A stretch of 64,000 nucleotides of DNA from the human T2T-CHM13v2.0 reference genome, Homo sapiens (GCF_009914755.1 NC_060931.1), one strand, 5' to 3'. Positions 1 to 18,954 are shown, numbered from the stretch's first letter. Notes: generated by a model from the letters alone, not told the origin. Numbers and translations are program-made.

Positions 1-1051
1 TTTCAAGTTCCCCACGCCTCAGATCAGCATGCAGCTCACAGGCTTTGTTAAGCTTGTGTGACAGAATAATCTCCTTTGTTCAATGCCCGAGGAGGATATT
101 TTCTGCATTATTAGACAAGTCAATGAAGATAAAACAAAATATTAAGTATTTTAAGCTGCGCCAGTCCACCCTGAAGAAATTAAGCCCCCTCATTCTAATT
201 GTGCCTAGTTTCCTTGCCGTAATGAGATGGAGGCTGAGCTGCTGGAATGAGGGGCTTCCTGCAGGCCTGCATGCCCCCCAGTCATTGGAGTGAACCTCTC
301 CTTTCCTCTGCTTAGTTTCTTTCCCTGGGGGAATTTGTAGAGCCAGAGACCTGGTCTCCAGGCGAGGCAAGAAATAAACGCAACCTCCACCGTAAGCGTG
401 TGACATTGATCAGCATATTTTTAAAAAGGTTTCCATGTCTGTTGCAATTACGTGAAACCAGCTAATCCTGGATCTAAGCTTTGGCAGCTTGGAAATATTA
501 GAGCAATTTGGCATCCAGATTCCATCATGCAAAGATTTGTGGTCTTGTGTTTGTATCTGTGACACTGTATAATTTCCAATTGGCTTTTAAGAGACAGAAA
601 CCTGGATGCCATTGGCTAAACAGTGAGAGCATTTGCCTGCCTTTCTGCCTCCTTGGAAGCTAGAGCAGTCATTAAAAACTAGAGAAGTGAGCACACGCAG
701 CACCCCCCGGCCCATGGGTGGTTAGCAGACTCTCGGGGTGTTACTGGAGCTGCTATCATTGTGGGTGTAGGAGATGATTGCAGGTCCTCGCCGGCACCAG
801 CTCTGAGGAACCCAGGTGCTCCAAGTCCCCAGCCTTCATGCCCGGGCTGTGGGGGCCAAAGGGACCCTGGAGGGCGTTTTACTATCTCCCTGCTTCACTT
901 CCCTCCAGAAAACTGTGTTCCTTCCCCAGTGACAGACTTCACACCCAGGAGCTCCCTGGTTGTGGGGCCGCTGGTTTTGCAGTTTGCTTAGAGTCTTTTG
1001 CCAGGTTCTGGAGCTTCAGAAGTTCCCAGGAAGGTACCCTGGACACGTTCT

Positions 1052-1122
1052 TGTGCGTGCGCTTGTGTGCATGTGTCTGTGTGTGTATGCGTGTGCATGC
1101 CCGTTCCCGTGTGTCTGCGTAC
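1052..1122. repeat. Imperfect (TG)n alternating purine-pyrimidine tract
   Basis: tgtgcgtgcgcttgtgtgcatgtgtctgtgtgtgtatgcgtgtgcatgc... Confidence 0.8.
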
Positions 1123-1194
1123 ATACAGCCTCTCACCTGCTTTCTCTTCCAGCCACTCCACCATAAAAACAGTTTCCGACTTAAAAATTGTTTG

Positions 1195-1562
1195 CCTTAC
1201 GATGGTTCGACTTAACGATTTTCCCACTTTGCAAGGGTGTGAAAGCAATACACATTCAGTAGAATCCGTACTTCGAGTACCCATCCAACCATTTCTGTTT
1301 TTCGCTTTCAATACAGTATTCAATAAATTACATGAGATATGCAACACTTTATTATAAAATAGTCTGTGTTAGATGATTTTCCCCGACAGCCGGCTAATGT
1401 AAGTGTTCTGAGCACATGTAATATAGCCTAGGCTAAGCTGTGATATTCTGGAGATTAAGTACAGGAAGTGCATTTTCCACTTAGGTGTTCCAAGTCCCCA
1501 CCCTTCAGCTTAGGATGGGTGTATGGGGATGTAACCCCAAGCATAAGTGGAGGAGTGTCTGT
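1195..1562 (-). mobile_element. MER47A-like Tigger (TcMar) non-autonomous DNA transposon
   Basis: Matches the reverse complement of the recalled MER47A consensus (cttacgatggttcgactta...gtacttcgagtaccc...ggctaatgtaagtgttctgagcac...gaggagtgtctg). Confidence 0.8.
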
Positions 1563-1599
1563 ATACTCAAGCTAACCCCTATCTCTGTTAATACTTGTG

Positions 1600-1790
1600 C
1601 TCAGCCCCATTCTGGGTATTTATAATTTGCTATCTCATTTAATCCTCACAAGTATGTTGACCAAGTGGGTATAATTATCTCTGTTGTGTAGCTAGGGAAA
1701 CACTTGGCTTTCCTGAGCCTTAAACTTGCCCGTAGTCACATAGCTCATAAGTTTGTCACAGGAGCTAGGATTCAAACTAGAGCCTGTATC
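1600..1790 (-). mobile_element. MIR SINE fragment
   Basis: MIR core: catttaatcctcacaa...cttgcccgtagtcacatagct...ggattcaaact. Confidence 0.65.
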
Positions 1791-2029
1791 TTTTTTGGGA
1801 TGCTCCCAAAGAGCCTGAGGCTAGGATCTGGGCATGCAATTCCTTTGGGAGCTGATCCCAGAAAGCACTGTCAGGGGAAGGGAGGCAGGACATGGGAACA
1901 GAGAGATGGAGGCTTAATTGGGTCACTGCTATGGGCAGCTGGGGTTCAACCTGCCGGAGATCCCCAGAGAAACGGGATGCAGCATCCTTCAACACTGCCC
2001 CAAGAGAGAAGAGGACACTGGGGGTCTTT

Positions 2030-2585
<556 letters not shown>

Positions 2586-3040
2586 GGTTTTTGTCCACCC
2601 AAATTTTGTCCTCCATCAGTTGGGTCATGCCTGGGTGCTAATTTCCTGCCACTTCCAACTTGCCTCAGAGTGCAGACTCATAGGCCAAGGTCATAATCGC
2701 TGGGAGAACACGGAATCCACCCAGATCAAAAGGCCCTGGAAGCCAAGGGCTTCAGCAGGTGTAGGGAGACCTCAGGGATGCAGGCCAGGTCCTGACAGTG
2801 TCTCCTTACCAGGCTTCCTCTCCATTCTTCTCATTCAGGGGTCTCTTTTGCATCCTTCTCTTTAAATTGTGCCTTTTATTCTTAAGCTCCAGGGAGGCTG
2901 TTATGAAAAGCCTGTCCTCATGATGTTCATTCTATTGATTGCATCCTCTTCCCAGGTAGGAAGGGAATGTTGGTTTGGAGAAGAAGGTCAGGGTATGCCT
3001 GTCTGAACTGAGACCTGCAAGATGAGGTTGGACCAGCCGA

Positions 3041-3337
3041 GGCTGGATGCAGTGCCTCACACCTGTAATCCTAGTACTTTGGGAGGCCGAGGCAGAAGGA
3101 TCCCTTGAAGCCAGGAGTTCCAGACCAGCCTGGGCAACATAGTAAGACCCCATCTTCACAAATAATAATAATAATGATAGAATTAGCCAGGCATGGTGGT
3201 GCACACCTGTAGTCCCAGCTACTCAGGAGGCTGAGGCAGGAGGATCACTTGATCCCGGGAGGTCAAGGCTGCCGTGAGCCATGATCATGCACCATACTCC
3301 AGCCTGGGTGACAGAGGAAGACCCTGTCTCTAAAAAA
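3041..3337 (+). mobile_element. Alu (J-like)
   Basis: Full dimeric Alu consensus with A tail. Confidence 0.9.
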
Positions 3338-4164
3338 GAGAGAGAGATGGACCCAGCTTAGCAGGACAGGGCCGAGCATCTCAAGCAGTGGGTTCGAATG
3401 CACAGACAAGGAAGTGGGAATGGGCTTGGATTTGGCAAGGATCAGATAGGAAACCAGGGTGCCTGGAGTGTGGGTAATAGGGGTTGAGGGGCAGAATGAG
3501 GTTAGGGGAGAGCGTGAGAGCAGCAGATCCTGCAAGCAACCCTCGTGGCCCTAGGCAATTTTATTGCAACAGCAATGGGAAGCCTTTTGAAGACTTTCAC
3601 GCAGTGGCACAGCCTGATCTGATTTCCTGTTGAGACCTAGTTCATTTGCCTAGGACTTCATCCCTTTAGCAATGGATTCCTGCAAGGCTTCTCCAGCCCC
3701 ATGTGGCCCTTGTCCAGCCATTAAACTCCAGTCCTAGGACATGGGCCCTGTCACTAGCACCCCTGCTAGCCTAAGTATCACTTTATGCAAATTAGGCAAA
3801 AGTACCCTTTTTGAAGACCCTTTCCTGCCATCTACTGGAAAACCATCATCATTAATAAATAAGTCTACCATAGTGCCCCCTATAGTTGGGCAGTGCACAA
3901 CCTCCACAACCTTAGGTGGCAGTCCTGCATATCACCCACAACAGACATCTCTGATGCTGTTGCTTGGATTGCCCAGGGGCCCCTTCTCTTGTCATATTTC
4001 CCAGAGTTGTGCTTCTGCTAGACATTTCTGGTAGTCACTGCCATGTACCACAGTACTCTTAGGACACATGTCCCATCTGCCAGGATCAAAAGGAATTTTT
4101 CCTTCTATCTGCAGTTAAGTCTCAACACTAACCCTATGTCAATGTACTAATTTGGGTTCCAGCC

Positions 4165-4455
4165 TTTTTTTTTTTTTTTTTGAGACAGAGTTTCACTCTT
4201 GTTAACCCAGGCTGATGTACTGACTCACTGCAACATCCTCCTCCCAGGTGTAAGCGATTCTCCCGCCTCAGCCTCCCAAGTAGCAGGGACTACAGGTGTG
4301 TGCCACCATGCCTCCTAGCTAATTTTGTATTTTTAGTAGAGACAGGGTTTCACCTTGTTACGCAGGCTGGTCTCAAACTCCTGACCTCAAGTGATCCGCC
4401 CGCCTCACTCCTCCCAAAGTGCTGGGATTATAAGTGTGAGCCACTGTGCCCGGCC
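4165..4455 (-). mobile_element. Alu (S-like)
   Basis: Antisense Alu with TSD-like gggttccagcctt / gggttgcagcctt. Confidence 0.9.
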
Positions 4456-5359
4456 CTGGGTTGCAGCCTTCTGACATCATGGAAGTTCCCCTTCTTTGCT
4501 CTCTGTGTCGTGACACGTGACAGTGAGAGGTAGCCCAGGGTAGCTGTTCTTCTGTCTGGGTGGACATGCCCTGACTTCCAGCTCCTTAGGAAAGCCTAGC
4601 TGTCTCTGACTCATAAAAGACCTCCAAGTTGTCCACCAGCCTTCTGGGAAGATGTTCTTTGAAAAACCGCTTCAGTCAGCTTCGGCCATGAGCAGAAATG
4701 TTCAAGAGGGCAACGTTGCTTCTCAGCTCTTTCTGTTTCTCTGCTCTGAGGCCCCTTCAGAGATGAACGTGAGAGACCATTGAGGCTGGAGCTATTTTTC
4801 AGGGCTCTCTGGTCCACCCCCTGGGAAGTGGCCCACTTTGGCTGTGCCCCAGTTATTCTGGTAATGAACTGTGCCCAGGTACTGCCCTAGGCATTGTTCC
4901 CTCTCTCTGTTCTGACAACCAGGCACAAACTTGTCTCCTTGTATGCAAGGGGAAGGCAGTGGTGGAGTGGGGAGAATGAGGAGAATCAGGCCTGAGGCCC
5001 AGGTCGGCTGTCAAGGGAAACATTTCATGATTGTCAAATGGGCCAAGATTCCTTTAGCTCCAACCTGGCCTCCTCTTTTTTGAGCACTGAAATTTCTCAA
5101 AATGGCAAATGGAAACTGAAACACTACATTAAATAGCATTTCTGTGCAATTAAAACACATTAAAATGGCAATTAAGTTTCACAAACAGCCTTTTCTGTGT
5201 TCTCGGGTTGATTAAGCTGTTTGTGTTGTTTTTCAGGGATGGTTGTTGTAACTAAAGGCTGAGCTGTCTTTTATGGATTGGGCCGTTCCCTAGGAGTCAA
5301 GGAACCCTGAATTCCAACTTTTATTCCTCTCTTGGCAATTTCACTTTATTTTCATTTGC

Positions 5360-5835
<476 letters not shown>

Positions 5836-6059
5836 CCTTGGCTATTTTTTTTTTTAATCCTTTAAGGTACTAGTTAACTTTTCCTAGGAGAAAAAGTATG
5901 TAGGAAAATTTAGTAAGAGAAATTGACATGGAAGAAAGGCTTTCTGTATCCTGGGACTGTGGGTTCAATGATAATTGAGACAAATGGCACTGCTGCTCTG
6001 TAGAGTGTAAGGTCTGGTTGGGAAAACAGATGAGTCAATTACAGGAATTCACAGTGGAG

Positions 6060-6370
6060 AGCTGGGCATGGTGGCTTATGCCGGTCATCCCAGCACTTTG
6101 CAGGGCCGAGGCAGGAGGATCATTTGAGACCAGGAGTTTGAGACCAGCCTGGGCAATACAGCAAGACTGTCTCTACAAAAGCAAAATTTAAAAATTTAGC
6201 CGGGCATGGTGGCATGTATCTGTAGTCCTAGCAATTCAGGAGGCTGAAGCAGGAGGATTGCTTGAGCCCAGGAGGTCAAGGATGCAGTGAGCTATGATCA
6301 TGCTACCACACTCCAGCCTAGGTGATAGAGCAAGACCCTATCTCAAAAAGCAACACCACCAACAAAAAAC
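6060..6370 (+). mobile_element. Alu (J-like)
   Basis: Sense Alu consensus. Confidence 0.9.
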
Positions 6371-6965
6371 TGCATGATGGGGTAGGTGATATGACTCTAA
6401 GAGGCATTATGGGAGCACACTGGCGCAGCTGGGAACGATCAAGGATGGCACTGTGGTCTAACCTGACCCAAAGAGGTAGACGCTAGCCAGGTGAAAGGTA
6501 AGGTACCCTTACCAGGTGAAAGGTAAATGAACCCTATTGAGCTCATAAACAGTGGGGGGTGGAGGGCCCTTTTTGGGACCTGGGGTACTGCTGTCCCCAG
6601 TGCCTTCCTTGAGATGTAGGCACTGAGTCCTGATGGATCTACTATTGTAAATCTCTACCATCTGTCTTTCTTTTCTCCAGCCCATCCTCATCCAATACCC
6701 ATCTCATCATCCATCTCTTTTGGTAAAAATCTCCTAACGGGCCCCAGGACCTCCATGCCTGTCTAGCCTGTCACTGGAAATCTAGTTTATCTTTCTGAAA
6801 TGTGTTCTAATCTTAATTCCTTGCTCAGCCTGACTCTGTCTCTAATGGCTTCATTTCTCTAAGGTATACATTCAAACTTCTTGGTTTGCAGTTGCCAAAA
6901 TTACTGTCTTGCTTTGATCAGTTTCAGTTGGGCAGTGAATCATCCCTCACCAGAGCCTGACCACC

Positions 6966-7336
6966 TGATATGGTTTGGCTGTGTCCCCACCCAAATCTCA
7001 TCTTGAATTGTAGCTCCCGTAATTCCCACGTGTTGTGGGAGGGACCTGGTGGGAGATAATTCAATCATGGAGGCAGTTTCTCCCATACTGTTCTTGTGAT
7101 AGTGCATAAATCTCACGAGATCTGATGGTTTTATAAGGGGTTTCCCTTTTCGCTTGGCTTTCATTCTCTCTTGCCTCCTGCCATGTAAGATGTGCCTTTG
7201 CTCCTCCTTCACCTTTTGCTGTGATTGTGAGGCTACCCCAGCCATGTGGAACTGTGAGTCCGTTAAACCTCTTTTTCTTTATAAATTACCCAGTTTTAGG
7301 TATGTCCTTATAGCAGTGTTAGAACAGACTAATACA
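6966..7336 (+). mobile_element. MaLR solo LTR (THE1/MST family)
   Basis: tgatatggtttggctgtgtccccacccaaatctc...acagactaataca, with 5-bp TSD-like ccacc/ccact. Confidence 0.9.
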
Positions 7337-7861
7337 CCACTCCATGATTGGTTCACAAAGGATACAAAGAGAGAGAAATGCCTTAGGAGCTGGGGAGAGG
7401 CTCGGGTTGGCATTGCATTTCTGGGACTACACATCTCCCTCAACCCTGAGTCCACTGGACTGTGCGTCTGCCAGGAGATTCCTGCTAGTGGAATGCAGCT
7501 GGAAGGGGATGGAGGGGACAGTCCTGTGTCTACATTACTAGTCTTGTACTGAAGCTTCTTAATTATGTAACAAGCTACATCACCTAAGTTTCTCTCTGTC
7601 TTTTACTTTCTCCTGAGTGGGCTTTGTGGTCAAGAAAGGACTTCATCAGACGCAGTGATAGTGTCTTTCGAGGTTGGGCTTCTAAGGAGCACTCCCTGAG
7701 GTTCTGATTAGACCCTGGATAGCACCCGCACTCCCTACTCATGGATACAGGCCCTCTTTAAATTGGCTCATCTTTCTTTAAATCTCTGTTCCTTTCCCCA
7801 TGGGGAGAGGAGAATTATCACCTTCCTCATTCAGATAATTGAGGAATTTAGTACTTGCTTA

Positions 7862-8478
7862 TGTAAACCAAAAAGTATCTGAGACAGGTCTCAATCAATT
7901 TAGAGGTTTATTTTGCCAAGGGTGAGGATGCGCCCAGATAAAAAGAGACAAAAATTACAGTAGGATCTGGGACCTGTGTTTTTTCCAAAGAGGGTTTTGA
8001 GGACTTCAATATTTGAAGGGGAAAGAGCGGCAGGGTGGGAAGGAGGAAAGAGAAAGAAAGGGAAGGTAGGTAGTGAGATAAGTAGTCACTTTCTCGTGAG
8101 GCTTTCATTAGCACTCACTGGATCCACGTGTTGCATATCAAAGGAGGGAGGGGATAGAGGAGCAGCCGATTATGCATTTATCTTGCAATCGGTCAACTGC
8201 ATTTTGCATAAGATGAACATATGGTAGAGGAAGAAGTGAGATACGCATTGGACTCTTGGTGGACAGAGGGATGATTTCTAGTTTTGTCTTTCTCCAGAAT
8301 CTGTAAAGGTAGGATTTTAATTTATGTTGTCAGGGTGAAGGAGGCCATTTGGGGAGATAAGTAACCTATCTTGCAGCTTTCCATTTAGGAAAAAAAAAGG
8401 GAGGCAGTTTTTGCATGATTCACTTTCCAAGCTTAACTTTCCCCTTTGGCATAGTGAGAATGTATTTTCCTTTCCCGC
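7862..8478 (-). mobile_element. ERV1 solo LTR (MER4-group-like)
   Basis: tgtaaaccaaaaagtatctgagacaggtctcaatcaatttagaggtttattttgccaagg is the reverse complement of a MER4-group LTR 3' end. Confidence 0.7.
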
Positions 8479-9227
8479 TCAGAATCTACCATGATTAGTA
8501 GCAGACAAAGATTAGGACTTGAGTCACACTTTTTCGGAGGAGTGATGGAGCAGCCCTTGGTACGTGATGATGGGATCAGCAGTAGAACCCCTTAATTCCA
8601 GAACTGGAGTGGAGGAGTTGATTGCGGTACACCTGGACATCTAAGGGATAGAGAAATAGCCCTTCTTCTATGCTTTCTCTCCTGTCTCCTGGGTAGCTTG
8701 CTGTAGATCTTAGGGTCTACTTCAGAATGCAGGAGGGGTGCAGGTATACATCTTGTGCTCTGCAGGTGTATAGGGTTCCTTGAAGAAAATAGGAACTTGC
8801 AGGGGTGATTTGAGTGACTTGAGATCAGCCCAAGGGCTGGGCAGGTGCTTTTCTTCCAGAGCAGCTCTGCCTACCAAGCCTGTGCCATGGATGCTCTCCA
8901 TTTCTCCCCATTCTGCCCATGCTCCCTGTCACCTGGAGCAGCATCTCTGCTCTAACTCAAGATTTCTACCTCCAAGATAACTACTTTTATCCTTCGTGGC
9001 TAAACTTCCTATGTTTGACCTACCAAGAAAACAATTACAGCCTCCCAGGGTCATGCTTGGTTTCTCTGCACTCAGAGCACACAACACCCTCAGTGGAATC
9101 TCCTGAGCCACCTGGGATAAATGTCTTCCTGGCCAACATTTATATTCTATTTCTTGTCGCCATTGCTCAGAGCTTGAAGTCACCCCAGGGGCTCCTTTAC
9201 AGTAATGTGGGGATGTCAAAGTTCTCA

Positions 9228-9596
9228 TGTCTTAGCTTAGGCGACCGTAACAAAAATACCATGGACTAGGCAGCTTAAACAACAGACATTTATTTCTCAC
9301 AGTTCTGAGGCTGGGACATTCAAGGTCAGGGCACCAGCATGGTCATTTTCTGATGGCGCTCTCTTCTTGGTTTGCAGCAGCATACCTTCTGGCTGTGTCC
9401 TCACATGGTGGGAAGAGGGAGGGCTCCAGTCCTTTCTTCTTCTTACAGGATACTAATTTCATCATTGGGGCCCCACTCACATCACCACTTTGAAACCTAA
9501 TCACCTCCCAAAGTCCTGACCTGCCACTACCATTATACTGGGTGTTAGCACTTCAATATAGGAATTTTGGAGCACACAAACACTCACTCCATAACA
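9228..9596 (-). mobile_element. MaLR solo LTR (MLT1A-like)
   Basis: cttaaacaacagacatttatttctcacagttctgaggctggga...cctaatcacctcccaaag...ccataaca. Confidence 0.8.
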
Positions 9597-9814
9597 TCTT
9601 TGGGAGAGGGCCAGTGTTTCCCCTGCTGTTTTAGCCCACCTTACCTTGATTTTACTGTGTAGCTTTTTAAAATATAGGAATGACAGAACTTTGGAGTGTC
9701 CTTCTAGCCAGCATTTTTTAAATTTAATTTGCAATCATATGGTGGTTGCTTTTCCTATTAGATTAGACATCACTACTATATAAGACTCCAAGAAGGATAT
9801 AGGATAATGGAGTT

Positions 9815-10360
9815 CAAGCATTTAATAAAAAATATTCACTGACTGTCAGCTCTTTGCCAGGGGCTGTTCTAGGTTTAGAGAAATTGGTGGTGATCAATAC
9901 AGGGAATAACCTTTTTTCCATGGCACTTACACACTACGGTAGGGAGATAGACATGGAAGCATCTAACTCCCAAGTAAACAAAAACAGAAAACCTGAGCCT
10001 GTGATGAAAGTTATGCAGAAAGTTGGATATGGTGTCATAAGTGTGACACATGGGGACCACTGCAGGTGCAAATGACAGGAACAATGAGCTGTGGGGAACA
10101 GGTTTGGGTGACGAATTCTTATCTCAGAGGGAGCAGCTCATGAAAGGCCCCTGGGGGAGACAGCATATGTCCCTGGTCTGGGAACTAGATGCCATCCAGG
10201 GTGGCTGGAGCAAGTGAGAGGAGAAGAAAAAGAGGACAGGGCCAGGTCATGCATTCCTTCCTTGCCAGGACATGGAAGCAGCATTTTATTCTTAGCTCAA
10301 GGGAGACATCTTCAGAGGGTTTTAAGCAGGAGCATGGCATGATCTGATCTAATTTATAAA
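9815..10360 (-). mobile_element. L2 LINE fragment
   Basis: tgccaggggctgttctagg...gagggttttaagcaggagcatggcatgatctgat. Confidence 0.6.
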
Positions 10361-11489
10361 AATAGAAATACCGTGTGAGAATGCTCATCAGTAATTTCTA
10401 CCTCAGGCATCTTCTTTCTTATTTTCTACTGAGTCTGTACATTTCCTGTTTCCCTTGGTTTCTAAAGAAAACAATTATCTTCATATCATCATTTCTACTT
10501 GTTCTTTCCTTTGGGATCCAGGATCTAATCTGAAAATTGCTTTCCCCAAGGAACTCTGGATGGCTGATGTACCATCACTTCAAGCCATCAGTATGTGCTA
10601 TGCTTTGACTGTGGTGTTTCTTAGAGTCCTGGATAAACTGTGCGATTTAAGCAGGATGCCATTAATCACGCAAGAGACACGAGTCCAGCAGCAGTTACTA
10701 AAATCAATATGGCTTGAGATTGTGATTTCCAGAATATCTCCTCACTTAGTGAGTCACTAGGAAACTTCAGAATAGCCGTATAGATTTTAAAGCAGCTTTC
10801 TCTAAACAGGATTTGGATATACTCCCACATTTCTCCTTGGGCGGAGGGAGAAAGGATGGATGTTCTGAACAACACATATTTTAAAAAACCCACTGCCAGG
10901 CAAGATTAAAACCTTTGCCTGGAAGGGAGTCGGAAGATTCTCTGGGTTCCAGTAAATGGTCTCATGCCTATTTTTCCCAGTCTCTTGCTTGGATTAGGTA
11001 AAGGGTTTAATCAGTAAGAATTGGCCAATTAATTTCTCCCTTCTCACATTCATTCATTTTGTAACCAGACATTCTGCCAGCTGTCCTGGAAGGTAGTGAG
11101 AGGAGAAAGACGTCATTTCTTCCTTCCAGAAAGCCACAGGATACATCAGTGTCATGGTTGAGGATTATTTAGGCATATTTCCATTTTCCAAGTTAATGTG
11201 TTACCCTCAGGCTTGGGTGGCTTCAGAGCAGAAAAGAACAGGTGAGACCAGGTACAAGTCCAGCTGGTTCAGGGACTGTGACAAGGAGAGAAGTGTGATC
11301 TGGAACTGGGCTCAGCAGTGTTCCAAGTAGGCATGTGTAACTACCAGATAAACACAGGGATGCAGGATTCGAGAGGGGTAGGGAGGAGAGAGAGCAGAAA
11401 GGAACAGGGTCCATTATCTTATAGAAGTCAGCAGCAGTATTCATTAATTCATCCAATCATTCATTTATTGAACACTTATTTCTATCTAA

Positions 11490-12153
<664 letters not shown>

Positions 12154-12396
12154 ATTACTTACTATGTGCTGAGCTTCACAGAGGCTCTGAGAAACCAGCA
12201 AGAGGCAGTCCCAGCCCTCAAAGAGCTCACAGTCTATGAAGGAGACCTCCATACAGATATGTAATTGTAACACAGTGGGTTAGAATAGCCCATTGTATGT
12301 ATGGGGTCTCATGGGGGCCTAGAGTTGGAGACTTCTGATCTTTCGTGGGCTCTCCAAGGATGCTTCCTAAATAAAATGTGCTAGAATTCTATGTTA

Positions 12397-13035
<639 letters not shown>

Positions 13036-14466
13036 CTAAACTTGGCTTGAGTTTTATTGAGTGGCAAATGATGTCACTCCCTTCTGATTCACCTGTAGTA
13101 GAATTTGATAAGGGATCAGTTCAGTCTTCAGACACTGTCAGAAGTGCAAAGCTGATCTCCAGGTAGGCGAGGGAGGAGAATGAAAGCTGCCCATGGAAGA
13201 TGCCATGTGGGTCCTGGGAGCCACAGAAAATTCTGGATGTGTGTGCCATGTATTTTCATTGAACACGTGTGTGCACATGCACATATGTTTGGTATTGGAT
13301 GCTGCAATTCCAGCTTGGCATGTACACTTCTTTGTAGCTCAGAAGGGCTAAGGCATGGATGCTCAGATAGATCCCAAATCTTTTTTTTTTTTTCCCCAAA
13401 TCAGGTTCTAGGGCTGTGTGCTGGTGAGTTAGGCCAAGACCAGGCTTAGCACATCTGTCCCCAGGTGGACACAGCAGCCAGGTCTGCCCAATCTAAAGGC
13501 CACCTTACCTTTGACCACCTCCTTTCCCAGCAGGAAGACGCCCTTTCCTTCATCTACCATTCGTGTCCATCTGTCCTGGACTACAAAAGATTTGCAGAAC
13601 CTGCCTGGAGACACGTCTTTGTATTAACTATTGCAATTCACACCTTCTCTGTTGAAGGGCTTGGAGCCTCCTTGTGCTAATGTGGCAGCCTTTCTGCCTC
13701 CTGTGGGTAAGGACTGCAGTGAAATCAGATCACCGTGACTGAACGCAGTTCTGAGCCAGCTGTCGACTTACACTGCTCAGTTCTGTTTTTTCTTCCTGGC
13801 CTTCTCACGCCCAGGCCCTGAGCCCAGTGGATTTCACCATGCTGGGTTGCTCATAAAAAATGGTTTCTTCCTGATGCTTTTGGTGGCAGACTGAATATCA
13901 TCAATCATGCTGCAAGAAGGAAACACAGATTCCCAGCTGATGGCATTGTCATGTTTATGACACATCCGAAACAGTAACAGATGGTCTGTATTAAAAGTGT
14001 AACTGGTGAGTGAGTGCTTTCATAATCATAGAGATATTTTTTATTCCCCTAAAGTTTTGGTTCTAGAAGGAGTCACAGAACGTTAGATCATAAGGGCCCC
14101 TGGAAAGCTTCTTGTCCACATGTCTCATTTTTACAAACAAAAATATCAAAGTACAGTGAGATTAAGGGATTTGCCAAGGTCATTGAGCTAATTAGCGATG
14201 AGACCGAGAACAAAACCCAGGCCCCTAATGTTCCATCTAATGCTCTTTGTGCAATACTGTGGAGCCTGCGGATCCACACTTTGTCTTCTCTTGGAGAAGA
14301 AAACAGACCGTGCTGGAAACGCACAGGGCTTCTGTGAGTTCCTTGGCATGGTGTCAATGTTGGATGCAGAGAGTCCTCAAACCCTCTTGAGCATGGTTGG
14401 CCCTTCCTGAGAAGGTGCAGAAAATGCAGGTTTTTATTCTCAGGGCTTCTGTTGGTGTGGACAGAC

Positions 14467-14839
14467 TGTATTAGTTCATTTTAATGCTACTGATAAAGAC
14501 ATACCGAAGACTGGACAATTTACAAAAGAAATAGGTTTAATTGGACTTAAAGTTCCATGTGGCTGGGGAAGCCTCACAATCATGGTGGAAGTCAAGGAGG
14601 AGCAAGTCACGTTTTACATGGATGGCAGCAGGCAAAGAGAGAATGAATGCCAAGCAAAACAGGTTTCCCCTTATCAAACCATCAGATCTTGTGAGACTTA
14701 TTCACTACCATGAGAACAGTATGGGAAAGACCCTCCCCCATAATTCAGTCATCTCCCACTGGGTCCCTCCCATAACATGTGGGAATTATGGGAGCTACAA
14801 GATGAGATTTGGGTGGGGACATAGAGCCAAACCGCATCA
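14467..14839 (-). mobile_element. THE1 MaLR solo LTR
   Basis: tgtattagt...gggtggggacatagagccaaaccgcatca, with perfect 5-bp TSD cagac/cagac. Confidence 0.92.
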
Positions 14840-14997
14840 CAGACCACATCCACCAGCGCTGCAATGCAAGGCTTGGTTTTCAAGCCAGTGAGGTGGCAAC
14901 AGAAACTGGATCTCTTATCTGATGGAATCCAGTTTCACCTGGGTTCATTTCTTGATTGATCTGAGGATGTTCGGATCAGTAGGAATAAACCAACTAG

Positions 14998-16600
<1,603 letters not shown>

Positions 16601-17199
16601 TAAACTGTCCCCAGTACATCAAACTCTGACAAAACTCTACCCAAAGCCTACACATGGCTTCAGTCTTGAACTGGTTGAATCGATGGCCACGGTATGCCAG
16701 AAGCATTCCCTAAAACATTTGGAAATTGTCTTTGAAGGAGGATGTTCAAGAAAGTGAAGTCACTGTTCTTGAGAGTATAACTTTTCTGTGTTAGTTTTAT
16801 AAAAAGTGGTGAGAATGACTTACTGTAGGTCTCTGATTTTTATAGGTGTAGCAAGTGCTGAATTTCATCTTCCTGAAATTAACATGGCCTTATTTTCTTA
16901 GTGTTTGCTTTTGCCCATCTTTTTAACCTTTCTGTGTCATTTTGATTTGAGTGTGTTGCTTGTGAGAAGTATGTGGATGGATTCTGTTTTTAAACTCAGT
17001 TTTGGAGTCTTCACATTGTAGCATAGAAGCCTGAACTGTGTTAACTGTGTTCATTGTCAGAGCTAATAACCACTGTCCTCACTCCAGTCCTAGTTTACAT
17101 CTCCTATTTGCATCCTTCCTTGCCCCTTGTTTTGTTTTTCTCCGATACTTCTTTTATTGGTTTTTATCTTCTCTGGTGATTTGGAAAAGATACATTTTA

Positions 17200-17279
17200 T
17201 TAAGTTGGTGCAAAAGTGACTGTGGCTTTTACCATTAAAAGTCATGGCAAAAACTGCAATTACTTTTGCACCAACTCAA
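17200..17279. mobile_element. MADE1 mariner MITE (80 bp)
   Basis: Terminal inverted repeats gttggtgcaaaagt...acttttgcaccaac with TA on both flanks. Confidence 0.92.
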
Positions 17280-17288
17280 TAGTTTTAG

Positions 17289-17647
<359 letters not shown>

Positions 17648-17649
17648 AA

Positions 17650-18222
<573 letters not shown>

Positions 18223-18529
18223 CACACCTATAATGATTATTAGACTTAACTGTTAGAGATTTTTAGTGCCAGCCACAAGTTCTTTTTAGTCAAAAATGTT
18301 CTCACTTATCTTTCTTCATTTTCATTCTTGGTAGGATGTTAGACTTTTTTCCTGGAAGAGAGTTGATGTGACTGCCGCTTACGCACAGGACCAGGAATAG
18401 AAACAGTACCTAGGCTATTTCCATTTCCTTTTCTCTGTCAAAAACCAATTTCTTTTCCAGAATCCACAGCCAATTCCTCACAAAGTGGTTGAGCCTAGTC
18501 GCAAAATCAGACAAGACTTCTCACACTGA

Positions 18530-18954
<425 letters not shown>

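Noticed and set aside
17200-17279. 80-nt hairpin as a novel miRNA
   Set aside because: It is fully explained by MADE1 terminal inverted repeats. Expression cannot be inferred from sequence.
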